A stretch of DNA of 63,882 nt, counting the filler, from Octopus bimaculoides (lineage: Eukaryota): the NCBI RefSeq assembly GCF_001194135.2. It is 7 parts of 6 records of this genome, joined end to end, with 100 filler letters (N's around TTAATTAATTAA, not from the genome) between each part and the next. Parts side by side here need not be neighbours in the genome. Positions count along the whole stretch, not along the records: positions 1 to 15,075 come from NC_068988.1; positions 15,176 to 23,345 come from NC_069007.1; positions 23,446 to 30,903 come from NC_068999.1; 4 more parts are not named here. One strand, 5' to 3'. Below are positions 11,621 through 24,342 of the stretch, in pieces. Under the pieces are notes generated by a model, which ran no database searches, had not been told where the DNA came from, and saw nothing but the letters and a program-made list of their open reading frames with translations. The stretch's first letter is position 1, and every line of letters begins with the position of its first letter. The translations under genes were made by a program, and so were the position numbers.

Positions 11621-12390
11621 GAATATGATTCAACACACGAAATCACATAAAGAATCTTGCAAACCAAATCCCAAAAACGAAACAATTATTCCTGTTCAGT
11701 TGAAATTCATTCCATTACCACAACTTTCTCTGTCAGGTATCAATCTATAGTAATTCGAATTAAACAACAGCAGCTTCATAGCCTGATAGGGCCAATAACG
11801 GCCATAAAATCCAGGGTTACCCTTATCTATTTTCTAGCAAAGATATTTGTTCAAAAGTTTGGTACAAGGCCGGCAATATTGAGAGAGTGGGGTGAAACGA
11901 TTACATTGACTTCATCACTTGATTGGCACTTTATTTGTCAAGGTGGAAAAAAATGCCTTCGGGACCCTGGGGCGGGTTCCTCTCAAAATTTAAGGGTCTG
12001 TGAGATTTTTGGAAGGATCCCCGACAGATAGCTATGAGTAGCTCCATTGATTTCCGAATCATGGACGTGTATGAGTTGAACCTTCCGTTTTAGGCCCTGT
12101 CACCGGCAATATCTTCTATTATAATTCCATTCACGTCTTGGATGTATTATTGAAATATAAATCGGTCTAAACTACCTGAATGGGACTTTTTCTTTTTTTT
12201 TAATCAAAACCCTGAGAAATGAAAGAAAGATTCGGCTCCAATAAGATTCGAATCTGGCTCATAAAAGCTGTGCCGTACGACGGCGAAGTCTTTCGTCCGA
12301 CGTTATAACGATGCTACCACGCCATCAACGAATAGCTTGGGATAATATTTAATTAATTTCGAGCCTCAGTGGCAATAATAATAATAATAA

Positions 12391-12605
12391 TCTTTTCTAC
12401 TAAAGGCACAAGGCCTGAAATTTGGGGCGGGGGGAATAGTCGATTACATCGACCAGAGTTTTTCACTGGTACTTAATTTATCGACCCCCAAAAAAGATGA
12501 AAGACAAAGTCGACCTCTACAGAATCTGAACTCAAAACGTAAAGACGTACGAAATGCCACTAAACATGTTACCCGGTGTGCTAACGATTTTGCCAGCTCG
12601 CCGCC
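12391..12605 (-). mobile_element. SINE-B full copy between (AAT)n tracts; a further tail fragment at about 12650-12740
   Basis: TCTTTTCTAC...GGCACAAGGCC...CTGGTACTTAATTTATCGACCCC...GATTTTGCCAGCTCGCCGCC. Confidence 0.85.
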
Positions 12606-12607
12606 AA

Positions 12608-12649
<42 letters not shown>

Positions 12650-13068
12650 GGGGTCAAATTTTGTCACAAGGGCAGCAATTTTGGGGGAGGGGATGAGTCG
12701 ATGACATCGACCCCAGTGCGTAACTGGTACTTATTTAACCGATCCACTGAACTAAACCAGAGTATTTTCGTCACTAGGTGGACACTAGCTTCATAGTTGA
12801 GCTCTGATTGGCTGCATACAAATGAATTCGTGAATGGGATTCAAAACTTTCGTAGGAAAAAACGATTTTGCCGGCGTGATTTGAATTCAGAACGGAAGAA
12901 ATGTCGTTAAGCCGATTGTCCGACGCTTAATGATAAATGTCACGCGGTTAATGACTGGTATTTAAACATGAAATTATTACAGGTGCTGGAATGAATGGTA
13001 GGAATACCACATCTGTATACAGAATGTTATAAGAATTCCGTTTGGTATATCCCGTTTTTATAGAGTAA

Positions 13069-14451
13069 CTAGCAGAAATACCCGGCTTTGCCCGGGTTAA
13101 AGAGAATAATGAAATCTGAAAACGCCGTCTAGACTACGCAACCCTCAACTGTTAGTAGCTACGATACCATATTTCTACATTAATAACTCTCCAATCCATG
13201 CCAGCATGGAACATAGACATTAAGTGGAATGCCAGTCTCTCATCTGGGAAGGCCTTGAAATCAATGTTACCAACTGGGGACTATGTGTGTCGCAGTGATA
13301 ATAAAAAGACTCAAAGGAGGTCTGTAACGAAATAATTTTACTCAACACTTTGCAAGTGAATCAGTGGAGGCAAAGATGCGTCTCATTTACTTGACAATTT
13401 ATGCACNNNNNNNNNNNNNNNNNNNNNNNNNNNNNNNNNNNNNNNNNNNNNNNNNNNNNNNNNNNNNNNNNNNNNNNNNNNNNNNNNNNNNNNNNNNNNN
13501 NNNNNNNNNNNNNNNNNNNNNNNNNNNNNNNNNNNNNNNNNNNNNNNNNNNNNNNNNNNNNNNNNNNNNNNNNNNNNNNNNNNNNNNNNNNNNNNNNNNN
13601 NNNNNNNNNNNNNNNNNNNNNNNNNNNNNNNNNNNNNNNNNNNNNNNNNNNNNNNNNNNNNNNNNNNNNNNNNNNNNNNNNNNNNNNNNNNNNNNNNNNN
13701 NNNNNNNNNNNNNNNNNNNNNNNNNNNNNNNNNNNNNNNNNNNNNNNNNNNNNNNNNNNNNNNNNNNNNNNNNNNNNNNNNNNNNNNNNNNNNNNNNNNN
13801 NNNNNNNNNNNNNNNNNNNNNNNNNNNNNNNNNNNNNNNNNNNNNNNNNNNNNNNNNNNNNNNNNNNNNNNNNNNNNNNNNNNNNNNNNNNNNNNNNNNN
13901 NNNNNNNNNNNNNNNNNNNNNNNNNNNNNNNNNNNNNNNNNNNNNNNNNNNNNNNNNNNNNNNNNNNNNNNNNNNNNNNNNNNNNNNNNNNNNNNNNNNN
14001 NNNNNNNNNNNNNNNNNNNNNNNNNNNNNNNNNNNNNNNNNNNNNNNNNNNNNNNNNNNNNNNNNNNNNNNNNNNNNNNNNNNNNNNNNNNNNNNNNNNN
14101 NNNNNNNNNNNNNNNNNNNNNNNNNNNNNNNNNNNNNNNNNNNNNNNNNNNNNNNNNNNNNNNNNNNNNNNNNNNNNNNNNNNNNNNNNNNNNTTACAGT
14201 ATCGAAATGTGATTGTTTCAGTTAGTGGAATAGTTTCATTTTTAAAGTGAAAGTATTTGACATGAGTGTTTTTGTTTCACTTTTGACACATAATATTTAA
14301 ATAGTGGAGGAGATATTATGTTGCCGTGGGCTCGAACTCTGCAAGAAGTTAAAAAAATTTTTTTGACTAAAACACAACTGGAACCCTAAGTAAGGCATGT
14401 GTAAAATTTGAATGAAATTGGTTGCGTAGTTCTCGAGTTTTAGGGATTCAC

Positions 14452-14482
<31 letters not shown>

Positions 14483-14510
14483 CACATTCTCATTTTTATA
14501 TATATATAGA
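13069..14510 (-). mobile_element. Non-autonomous Helitron; both termini visible, interior hidden by the gap at 13407-14193
   Basis: The minus strand begins TC-TATATATATATAAAAATGAGAATGTGTG followed by (TCTG)n. It ends with hairpin ACCCGG-GCAAAG-CCGGGT, then ATTTCTG-CTAG, and sits between A (14511) and T (13068). This matches the canonical Helitron signature: 5' TC, 3' hairpin plus CTRR, AT target. That the two ends belong to one element across the gap is inferred. Confidence 0.75.
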
Positions 14511-15075
14511 TTCACAACGGCTGTTTGTATGCAACAACGGCACATATAAACACGAAAACATTTCTGGAATACAAGTTTCTAAGCATGATACTCTCTCTCC
14601 CTCTCTCTCTCTATCTCTCTGTCTCTCTCTCTCTCTCACCCTCGTTCTCTCCCTGTCTCTCCCTCCCTTTCTCTCTGTCTCCATCCCTCTTTCTAACCCG
14701 TATGCACAACCACAAAAGCTAAAATTTATACAGGGAAGTAACTCTTGAAACAAATGCGAGTTAGTTCCCTTGCAATTTGGACACAACTGTATCAGAAGTG
14801 TGGATACATTAAGCCAATTCATGCATTCATACACACGTGTGTATGTGTGTGCGTTTACATACATACATACATATTCTTTTACTTGTTTCAGCCATTTGAA
14901 TGTGGTCATGCTGGAACACCACCTTTAGTCGAACAAATCGATCCCAGGACTTATTCTTTGTAATCCTAGTACTTATTCTATCGAATAATATATGAATATA
15001 TATATATATATATATATACATGGTTTATTTAATTGAACGGGACGCATCCATTTCCAACTATACGCGCGCGCGCGC

Positions 15076-15175
15076 NNNNNNNNNNNNNNNNNNNNNNNNN
15101 NNNNNNNNNNNNNNNNNNNTTAATTAATTAANNNNNNNNNNNNNNNNNNNNNNNNNNNNNNNNNNNNNNNNNNNN
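15076..15175. other. Artificial 100-bp join: 44N-TTAATTAATTAA-44N
   Basis: The same 12-mer between equal N runs occurs at 15120, 23390, 30948, 51477, 59663 and 62739. It carries TAA stops in all six frames. Confidence 0.9.
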
Positions 15176-15442
15176 GGGACCTTGAAGACTGCTAGAAAGC
15201 GGGAAAGTATACTAGCCCCTATATATATTTAATACTCAGTATTTCATATATTCAATAAGACATTCAATACTTCATTTCACTCCACTATATATACTATATA
15301 TTCCATATTTTATATAAAACAAAAAATTTTATAAGAATATAGATAAAACATAAAAAACAGAGTTGGAATTCTTTTGAATAATATATTCCTCTATACACTA
15401 TCATACAAACCCCTTTTTTTTTAACTTTTAAAATTTATATAT

Positions 15443-15473
<31 letters not shown>

Positions 15474-15707
15474 GGTCGAAACAATTGTAGTGATCAATGA
15501 AGATTTTTGTATATTCCATTATCTTCTGTCTCTCTCATTAATTTATACATGCATATATATATATACACACAGACACATACACACACACTCACACTCACAC
15601 ACAAACCCCCACACCACCACACATATACACACACATCCACACACAGATATACATACATACATATCACATAGAAAAATGCAAGCTAGAAAAACAATATTAA
15701 GACTATA

Positions 15708-16471
15708 AACCTGGAAAATTACAGGATAAGTTCTTATACTTGGGAAAGTTCAGGACAACCTATTACATGTGGTAAAGTACAGAACAAGAAAATTTTTACT
15801 TAAAATATTGCAGCTAACGATAAAATTTCAAATAAAATATTTAGATTTAGAAAACATTAGCTTTTATTACAACTAAAAATTTTATTACAAGTTAGTTTTT
15901 CTATTTGTTATTACTTGTTACTTCTATTAAAAGTAAAAAAATAACTCAATTAAAATAATTTTTGCACATTAAAAAATTCATTTTTTTAATTATTATATCG
16001 AAAATTGAAAATAGGTTATAAAAAATAATAATAGTACATAATTAGTTAATACAATAAATAGGATAATACAAAAATTAATTATATTTTACAGTAAAATCTA
16101 CCTGGAACAACAAATTCACAGAAAAATTTGCTTAATTTATTGGCAAGTCTTGAGCCAATAACCTATTCTTTACATAATGAATTTGCCTACCATATATACT
16201 ATTCTACTTTGCATAAAACTTTAGCTATATCGGTACATCTGGCTCTCATTTCTTAAGTATTCTAATATGTCACTATTTTAACAAAATGATGGTACCTTTT
16301 TTAATTATAATGTTACTTTGTAAATTAAAATAAAATAATTTTTAATATTTAAATTTTATCCTTAGCTGCGATATCTTAAGTAAAAATTTCTTGTTTCTAT
16401 ACTTTACCAGATGTAATAAGTTGTCCTGAACTTTTCCATATGTAATAGCTTGTCCTGTAATTTTCCAGGTT
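15708..16471. mobile_element. Foldback/MITE-like element with ~120-bp internally repetitive inverted arms
   Basis: 15708-15828 (AACCTGGAAAATTACAGGA...GCAGCTAACGATAAAATTT) matches the reverse complement of 16351-16471 at roughly 85-90% by eye. The arms contain ~28-bp subrepeats and the interior is very AT-rich and non-coding. Weaker similarity extends to about 15661 and 16540. Confidence 0.8.
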
Positions 16472-16580
16472 AAGAATATAATTCCCCTTGCTCAAATTTT
16501 CCCATGTAATCCATGTTTTTTCCAGGCTATTCTATGATACTAATTAATAACGTGTCAAATGTGGCAATTAGCAGTGTCAT

Positions 16581-16989
16581 TACTCTTTTACTATTTTAAT
16601 TGTTTCAGTCATTTGACTGTGGCCATGCTGGTGCACCGCCTTTTAGTTGAGCAAATCGACTCCAGGACTTATTCTTTGGAAGCCTAGTACTTATTCTATC
16701 GGTCTCTTTTGCCGAACCGTTAAGTTATGGGGATGTAAACACACCACCATCGGTTGTCAAGCGATGGTGGGGGGACAAACACAGACACACAAACACACAT
16801 GCATATATATATATATACATATATACGACGGGCTTCTTTCAGTTTCCGTCTACCAAATCCACTCACAAGGCTTTGATCGGTCCGAGGCTATAGTAGAAGA
16901 CCCTTGCCCAAGGTGCCACGCAGTGGGAATGAACCCAGAACCATGTGGTTGGTAAGCAAGCTACTTGCCACACAGCCACTCCTGCGCCT
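16581..16989 (-). mobile_element. SINE-A full-length copy
   Basis: On the minus strand: AGGCGCAGGAGTGGCTGTGTGG (A box), GGTTCATTCCC (B box), CCTTGGGCAAGG central block resembling the CORE-domain start, internal (TA)/(TG) tract, 3' half and an (A/G)TAAAAGAGTA tail. Confidence 0.9.
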
Positions 16990-17029
16990 AGAATTGATAA
17001 CTTTTTCCTGATCCCAGTGATGCCGGTGA

Positions 17030-17445
17030 CAGATAATGATAATGATGACAACAATGATAATGATGATGATTATGACAATGACGATTATAACAGCAATGAT
17101 GACAATGATGGTGCTACTGCTGCTGCTGACGACGATGATAATGAGAGTGGCAATAATAATGTTGTCAAAGATGATGGTAACGATGATGACAACGACAATG
17201 ATGCTGCTGCTAATGATGAAGCTGATGTTGCTGCTGATGATGCTGATGCTGATGATGATGAGGATGATGATGATGCTACTGGTGATGATGGTTATAAAGA
17301 CAATAATGACGACAATGGCAACGATGATGACGATGATGATAATGATGGTGACGATGATCACAACGATGTCAAAGACGACAATAATGATGACAACAATGAT
17401 AACGTCAACGATGAAGATGACAAAGATGATAAAGACGACGATGCT
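17030..17445. repeat. Degenerate (GAT)n/(AAT)n/(GCT)n trinucleotide tract
   Basis: About 415 bp of in-phase GAT/GAC/AAT/AAC/GCT triplets. Confidence 0.85.
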
Positions 17446-17684
17446 GAATTATATATACATTCAACACATGCTAGTATCTGTTGCAAGCTGATCATTATGA
17501 CATTGTTCAACAGAAGCCAATCATTGCTCTGATACGGTCAATCGAAACAAATTAATTTCCTTCCACGCATCACTGAACTCGTTACATCGGTTTCACAGTC
17601 GTCACACTGTTGCTCTGTCTCTTCAAAAAGGCTCATTATACTAAGTGTCTCATCCGTCTACGCTATCCAAATATATGATAATGA

Positions 17685-17881
17685 TTTCGAATTTTGGGGC
17701 AAGGCCAGCAATTTTGGCAGAAGGGGGTAAGTTGATGACATCAACCCCAGTGCTCGACTGGTACTCATTTTATCAGCACCAAAAGGATGAAAGGCAAAGT
17801 CTACCTCGGCAGCATTTGAACTCAGAACTTGAAGATGAATGATATGCTGTTAAGCTGATGACTCTGTCAACTCACCACCTT
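17685..17881 (-). mobile_element. SINE-B degraded copy followed by (AAT)n and another tail fragment (about 17970-18062)
   Basis: GGCAAGGCCAGCAATTTT...CTGGTACTCATTTTATC...GGATGAAAGGCAAAGTCTACCTCGGC...TTTGAACTCAGAAC. Confidence 0.8.
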
Positions 17882-17882
17882 C

Positions 17883-17945
<63 letters not shown>

Positions 17946-19644
17946 TATGATGATGATAATAATAATAAAAATGGTTTGACATTTTTCCACAAGGGTAGCA
18001 ATTTTAGGGGAGGGGATGAGTCGATTACATCGACCCCAGTGTTCAACTGGTACTTATTTTATTGAGGAATGTATCTGTACTCATACCTTTCAGCCTTGTC
18101 CACGAGACAACCTCTATACAAGCAAGTTTCTATCAACTGAATCCACTAAAAACGCTTTAATTAGTATATGACCATATTAGAAGACATTTTCTCAAAGTGC
18201 TATGCAGTGGAACTGAACCTGAAACCGTGTGATTGGGAAGCAAACATCTGAACCACACAGCTACACCTGTGTCTATCATTTATCTCATACAAAACCACCA
18301 CAATTTGTTTAGTAACTATTCTCTATTACCCAAAACTCTTTTGTCATTTCTGTTCTCTGCCCATACAGAAAATTAAACTAAAATTGTTTGAATGGCAAAA
18401 GAAATGGCATCTTGTTTGTAAAACAACTTGCAATTAACTACCAAAATCAAAATTTTTAATGGAGTGAGAAAAATAATCGACTGATGTTATAGAACATTGA
18501 CCTTTGTAATGAGCAACAAGTAACAAGTGAGTGGAATTATGTCCAAATACCCGTATGATCAGAAGTTTAAGAAAAAAGTAAAATATTCAATAAATACAGA
18601 TTTCCCCAGCCACAAAAATAGTTCTTGAAATTAAGGTAATGAGAAAACAGAAAATATTTACACTCTGAAATAACAACAACTACAACACCAATAACAATGG
18701 TTTCAAATTTTGGTTTCAAACTTGACTGCTCTCACAAACGAGAATACTAAAAATGAACCCGACTGCTCTCAAAAATTAAGTGAAAAAAACGGAAAAATAA
18801 TCCAGAATCCTTGTCCAGTACTCGATTGATACAAATGGTAGTCATGGACTGTGAAGGTGGCTGTAGAAACTAATTCAGATCAATGTGAATAAATAAGCAT
18901 TACATTTGACTGAGAAATCTGAATGCTAAAGGTTTAAATATCATTAGGAATTGTAGAATAAAAAATAAAAATTTATTTTGTGTATTATAGAAGTATAATC
19001 GATTTATTGCATATAAATTTTAACAAAATCTTACAGTGACCCCAAAGGGTCATATGGACACCAGTTGAGTACCGATGCTGTAGCTGAAAACTCTTGTGGT
19101 GCTAAACCCTACTCCCAACACAGCAGTAGAATAAATTTTTTAAACCCCCCAAACACACAGATACACACACCCAGCTATGTCTAAACCCACTATTCATGCG
19201 TTAGGTTCTAAACACTTAACCATATATGGAAATTAGCGTAAAAGTTAATTATTTTTATTAAACGTAATTAAATTCATGGTAATTTCAATAATTAATAGAA
19301 ACACACAAGGGGAGTATATTTGATTAAAATATGGCAATAAAAAGGTTAAAGAGCATATTGGAATCCCAGAAATTAAATAGAAAATGTAAAAGGGTGAAAA
19401 AGAGATAAAAATGTAGAATCTATGTTGCAATATAAAATTTTAATTTTCCAGAATATGAATGCTATCACGTGAAGGTATATTTACAATATGTATTGATTAT
19501 TGATCTGTTAAGCAGCCTGATTTGCATAATATAAATGTATAATGGAGTATAATTAAAAATGAAAATGGATCTTCGTCAGTTTCAGTAATAAATAAAGTTT
19601 TATATAGCTTAGAGGTTCAATATAGGTTTATATAGCATTGGTTT

Positions 19645-19862
19645 CTGTCATCATCATTGTCATCATCGCTGTCATTGTTGTCATCATTAACGTCATCATC
19701 ATCATTAACGTCATCATCATCATCATCATCATCACTGTCATCATCGTCATGATCATAATCATCATCATGATCATTGTCATCGTTGTTATCATCTTCATCA
19801 TCATCATCATCGTCATCGTTGTCATCATCAACAGCATCCTCTGCCTCCTCCTCCTCATCATC
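19645..19862. repeat. Degenerate (ATC)n tract
   Basis: In-phase ATC/GTC/ATT triplets. Confidence 0.85.
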
Positions 19863-20391
19863 TTAGTTGTTTTAACGTCTACTTTTCAATGTTTGCTTGG
19901 GTCAGATGGAAATTTTTGAGGCAAATATTCTTTGGGCTGGATGCCTTTCCTGTTGCTAACCCGAAGCAAAACACTAAAAACAAATAACATTACTTGTATG
20001 ACAGGGAGAGACACTCGTTGAGAACCATCATATACTGTCAGAACAGACACACACACACACACACACACAAGACAAGGCATGAATAAGTCAAGTTTACTAC
20101 AATATATAATGACTATTATTTATACCTTGTCTTGTGTGTCACTCTGTGTAAAAGACCAGCTTGACTGAGACCACAATCATGGACTTACAATATAGAATAG
20201 TGATGAATTATAGCTTCAGACCCTGCCACAAGAATACTTGAAGTTCTTTACTAATCTAAACAATATTGTTAGCTTGGTGTACCAACAGAGATCTTATAAA
20301 GTGTTTTGCTCAGATCAATAATCCCTCACTAATTACTCTGTTTTGATTTACATACATACATACATTGTTGTTGTTGTTGGCATTCCATCAA

Positions 20392-20752
20392 TTATGACGT
20401 CGAGGGTTCCAGTTGATCCGATCAACGGAACAGCCTGCTCGTGAAATTAACGTGCAAGTGGCTGAGCACTCCACAGACACGTGTACCCTTAACATAGTTC
20501 TTGGAGATATCCAGCGTGACACAGTGTGACAAGGCTGACCCCTTGAATTACAGGCACAACAGAAACAGGAAGAAAGTGTGAGAGAAAGTTGTGGTGGAAG
20601 AGTACAGCAGGGTTCGTCACCATCCCCTGCCGGAGCCTTGTGGAGCTTCAGGTGTTTTCGCTCAATAAACACTCACAACGCCTGGTCTGGGAATCGAAAC
20701 CGCGACCCTATGACCGTGAGTCCATTGCCCTAACCACTGGGCCATTGCGCCT
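20392..20752 (-). mobile_element. tRNA-derived SINE, family C (my label), full length
   Basis: On the minus strand: GGCGCAATGGCCCAGTGGTTAGGG (A box), GGTTTCGATTCCC (B box), 3' half TGTCTGTGGAGTGCTCAGCCACTTGCACGTTAATTTCACGAGCAGGCTGTTCCGTTGATCGG. The 3' half recurs at 27787-27848 and 38775-38878. Confidence 0.85.
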
Positions 20753-21561
20753 CCACACATACACACATACATACATACATGGGTTGAGGTTCCCTACAAC
20801 TGTTTCAGACATGTTATTTATTGAACAAAAGTGTTACATAGTGCAAAGAATCATTTACTTCAGGTGGAATGAGTAAAACTTATGATTCTTCACATAGGAT
20901 TCTTAGGATTCTTCACGTATACAGAACATAGTGTAAGTTAAAACTCCAATCTAGGTTATAGCTATATATATAGTGAAACAAGTCAGGAAAGCTTTTTTTG
21001 TTGTCGCATCATACCACAGTTGTGCTATGGCATACTTCGTCCAATCAGGGCTGGGCGCATATGAATACTAGAAACAATTCTCTGCCGAAGAAGAGAAGTG
21101 GGTTTTTTAATTTAGTTAGCAAAAAGACAGTGGACCCATAACCACTCTCTTTTGACATGGAACAGCTACTTACTTTTGCACACCAAGGTTGTGTTTGCCA
21201 GCTCTGAATTATATTTCATTTCCCTTTCAACATAGAACAGCTCCTTGTTTTTCACATCAACTTTGCACAATTAACTCTGAATGATATTCGCTCTCAATTA
21301 ACCTCTAAATCCTTATTTCTAATGTAAGCAATAAAAGCTTTTCTCTGACTCATACACACACAGACTACACTCGTTCTACTTGTCAGCTCTTGTTGATTAA
21401 TTTTATGCCTTCTGATATATTTCCTTTTATCATCTTTCACACAATAGAATAGTGACAACACATTCACTACGCAGGTGACACTATAAATGCACTCACACTA
21501 AATTACCAGACACAACAAATGGACACACTCATTAATTTGGTGACTTCTCTACAATATGCCA

Positions 21562-21717
21562 GGTTTCTTTCAGTTTCCGTCTACCAAATCCACTCACAAG
21601 GCTTTGGCCGGCCCGAGGCTATAGTAGAAGACACTTGCCCAAGGTGCCACGCAGTGGGACTGAACCTGGAACCATGTGGTTGGTAAGCAAGCTACTTACC
21701 ACACAGCCACTCCTGCG

Positions 21718-21720
<3 letters not shown>
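21562..21720 (-). mobile_element. SINE-A 5' half, young-looking; a degraded second head follows at about 21755-21900
   Basis: Near-identical to 16830-16989. Confidence 0.9.
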
Positions 21721-21756
<36 letters not shown>

Positions 21757-23271
21757 AGGGCTTCCTATAGTTTCCATCAACAAAATCCACATCCTTGCAA
21801 AATCATTTCAGAAGATAATTGCCCAAAGGTGCCACACAATGGGAGTGAGCCCAAAACCACACACATGGTTGTAAAACGATTTATTTAACTACAGAGCCAT
21901 GCCATCGAAACAATATGTTGGGGAAAAAGTTGGAATAACAAGCTTTATAGTTCTGTGAATGTAATAGCAACTAACGTTGATTAATTCTAAAAATTCGGTT
22001 TTCCTTTGATAATGCTGCTTGTACAGTAACAACATATTAATCACAGAGAGATCTCTGAGTTTAAAAGAACAGCCACAACTGTGAGAGACCAATTTGCCAT
22101 TCTATATATCTTTAATTTAATGGCATTAACTGGAATAAATTCTGATTTCTTTGCAGATGGACTACGAGGAGTTTAGACAGATTATAAATTAATTTCCAGT
22201 TATCAATACCTTACCGTTCGTTATTTAATAAACAAGAAAAGAAAGAAAGAAAGAATGAGATCCGCCACCTTTCCTACCTCATGAGAACTGTGGCATATTT
22301 TATTAGATACAGTTGCAATAGCTTGTAGTAAATAAAATATTATTTACTCTTCGTGTAATTTGTTTCTTCAGGATGGTTTACTAAGGAATCAATTTACTTG
22401 TGGAATTTTTTTGGATGTCCGTTCAATGGAATAAATTTTTCTATATTGGTCAAGTGTTTTTAATGGATTTCTATACTGGAGGACAAAAAAATAAAAATAA
22501 AAAAAAAATATGAAAAGCTAAATCAAATTTGAATAAGGATTTTCTTTCCGAAATCTCATTCTTCCTTTCTTTCATTCTTTATTTCGTTTTACTTGTTTTT
22601 GTTAATGTTATTCCCCAAACCATTTTTATTTTGCTTTAAAAAGTTTTTAACAGATTTTTTTTTAGGAATTTTAAAAATTGTATGTTTCTGATAGTGTCTT
22701 CTTATTAAGAAAGACTACAAAATTTGACTAAAAACAAATAATTAAATAACATATATTTAATAATAATAATAACAACAACAACAACAACAACAACAACAAT
22801 AATAATAACATCAATAACATTAATAATGTAGAAAAAGAAGAAACAGGAAGTTTGTTGATTCAACTGGTTGTCGATTGAAAGAATCTGGTTATGATAAAAA
22901 CACATTTAAATTCAAGCATATAAATTCATGCTTTCAGATACATACACAGTAATGAGCACACACACACGCATATATACACATATGCACACACACACATATA
23001 TATCTTAATGACTGCCACATATGTGTGAAGCAATAAGATCGATTGTGAATAGAGAGAGAATAAAACAGATACATTAACACAAACAAAATCACTCAAATAT
23101 ATGTATATATATATCTTTCATCTCTTATCTTTTACTTGTTTCAGTCATTGGACTGTGGCCATGCTGTAGCACCACATTGGCTCATATTTAAATACCAATA
23201 TACAGTGATGAATAAAAGTATATTTATACATAACCACATACATGTCATTCACAAAGTCAGATACATGTCGC

Positions 23272-23345
<74 letters not shown>

Positions 23346-23949
23346 NNNNNNNNNNNNNNNNNNNNNNNNNNNNNNNNNNNNNNNNNNNNTTAATTAATTA
23401 ANNNNNNNNNNNNNNNNNNNNNNNNNNNNNNNNNNNNNNNNNNNNGGTACGCTTCGAGGAAAGGGTAGAAAAAGGCGAGGGTAGTTTTGATAAAGTGTAC
23501 AAGGTTAGGACGAAATTAGGGAACTGGAGGAAGGGTTGGTTGGTAGAAGGGGGGGGGCTCATGATGGTGGCATTGTTGGTGTTGGTGATGGCATTGATGG
23601 TGGTGGTGGTGATAGTGCTGGCGGCGGCGTTTGTGGTGCGAGGTGATGAGAAACGGAGGTTAAGTGGAACTAATGGGTTGGAAAGAAATTCTTGGCATGA
23701 TGCCGTACGCGTGGTTTGTCTGCCGTAGCAATGCACACCACCACAGCAACCCACACCGACCCAAGTAATGTATTATATACAGTATTGCTATTGTTGCTGT
23801 TCTTACTTAGCCCAGTGTCAGCGCTGCGCTATCAGACCTACGAGCAACAGTCATTCCAGCAATGACCATCCTCTACTGTTGATTATTTGGTTGTTGCATA
23901 ATTATTACGGCTTTTTTTTCAACAAATTGTATTCAGCATAAACAACAAC

Positions 23950-24341
23950 AGGCGCAGGAGTGGCTGTGTGGTAATTAGCTTGCTTACCAACCACATGGTT
24001 CCGAGTTCAATCCCACTGCGTCTCACCTTGGGCAAGTGTCTTCTACTATAGCCTCAGGACGACCAAAGCCTTGTGAGTGGATTTGATAGACGGAAACTGA
24101 AAGAAGTCCGTCGTATGTATGTGTCTGTGTTTGTCCCCTCCCCCCAACATCGCTTGACAACCGATGCTGGTGTGTTTACGTCCCCGTAAGCTAGCAGTTC
24201 AGCAAAAAAAAAACCGATAGAATAAATACTAGTCTTACAAAGAATGAGTCCTGGGGTCGATTTGCTCGACTAAAGGCGGTGCTCCAACATGGCCGCAGTC
24301 AAATGACTGAAACAAGTAAAAGAGTAAAAGAATAAAGAGTA
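23950..24341 (+). mobile_element. SINE-A full-length copy
   Basis: AGGCGCAGGAGTGGCTGTGTGG...GAGTTCAATCCC...CCTTGGGCAAGTGTCTTCTACTATAGCC...GGCCGCAGTCAAATGACTGAAACAAGTAAAAGAGTAAAAG. Confidence 0.9.
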
Positions 24342-24342
24342 A

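Noticed and set aside
15176-16560. AT-rich stretch as a possible mitochondrial insertion
   Set aside because: No recognisable mitochondrial tRNA, rRNA or ORF; the long inverted arms fit a foldback element.
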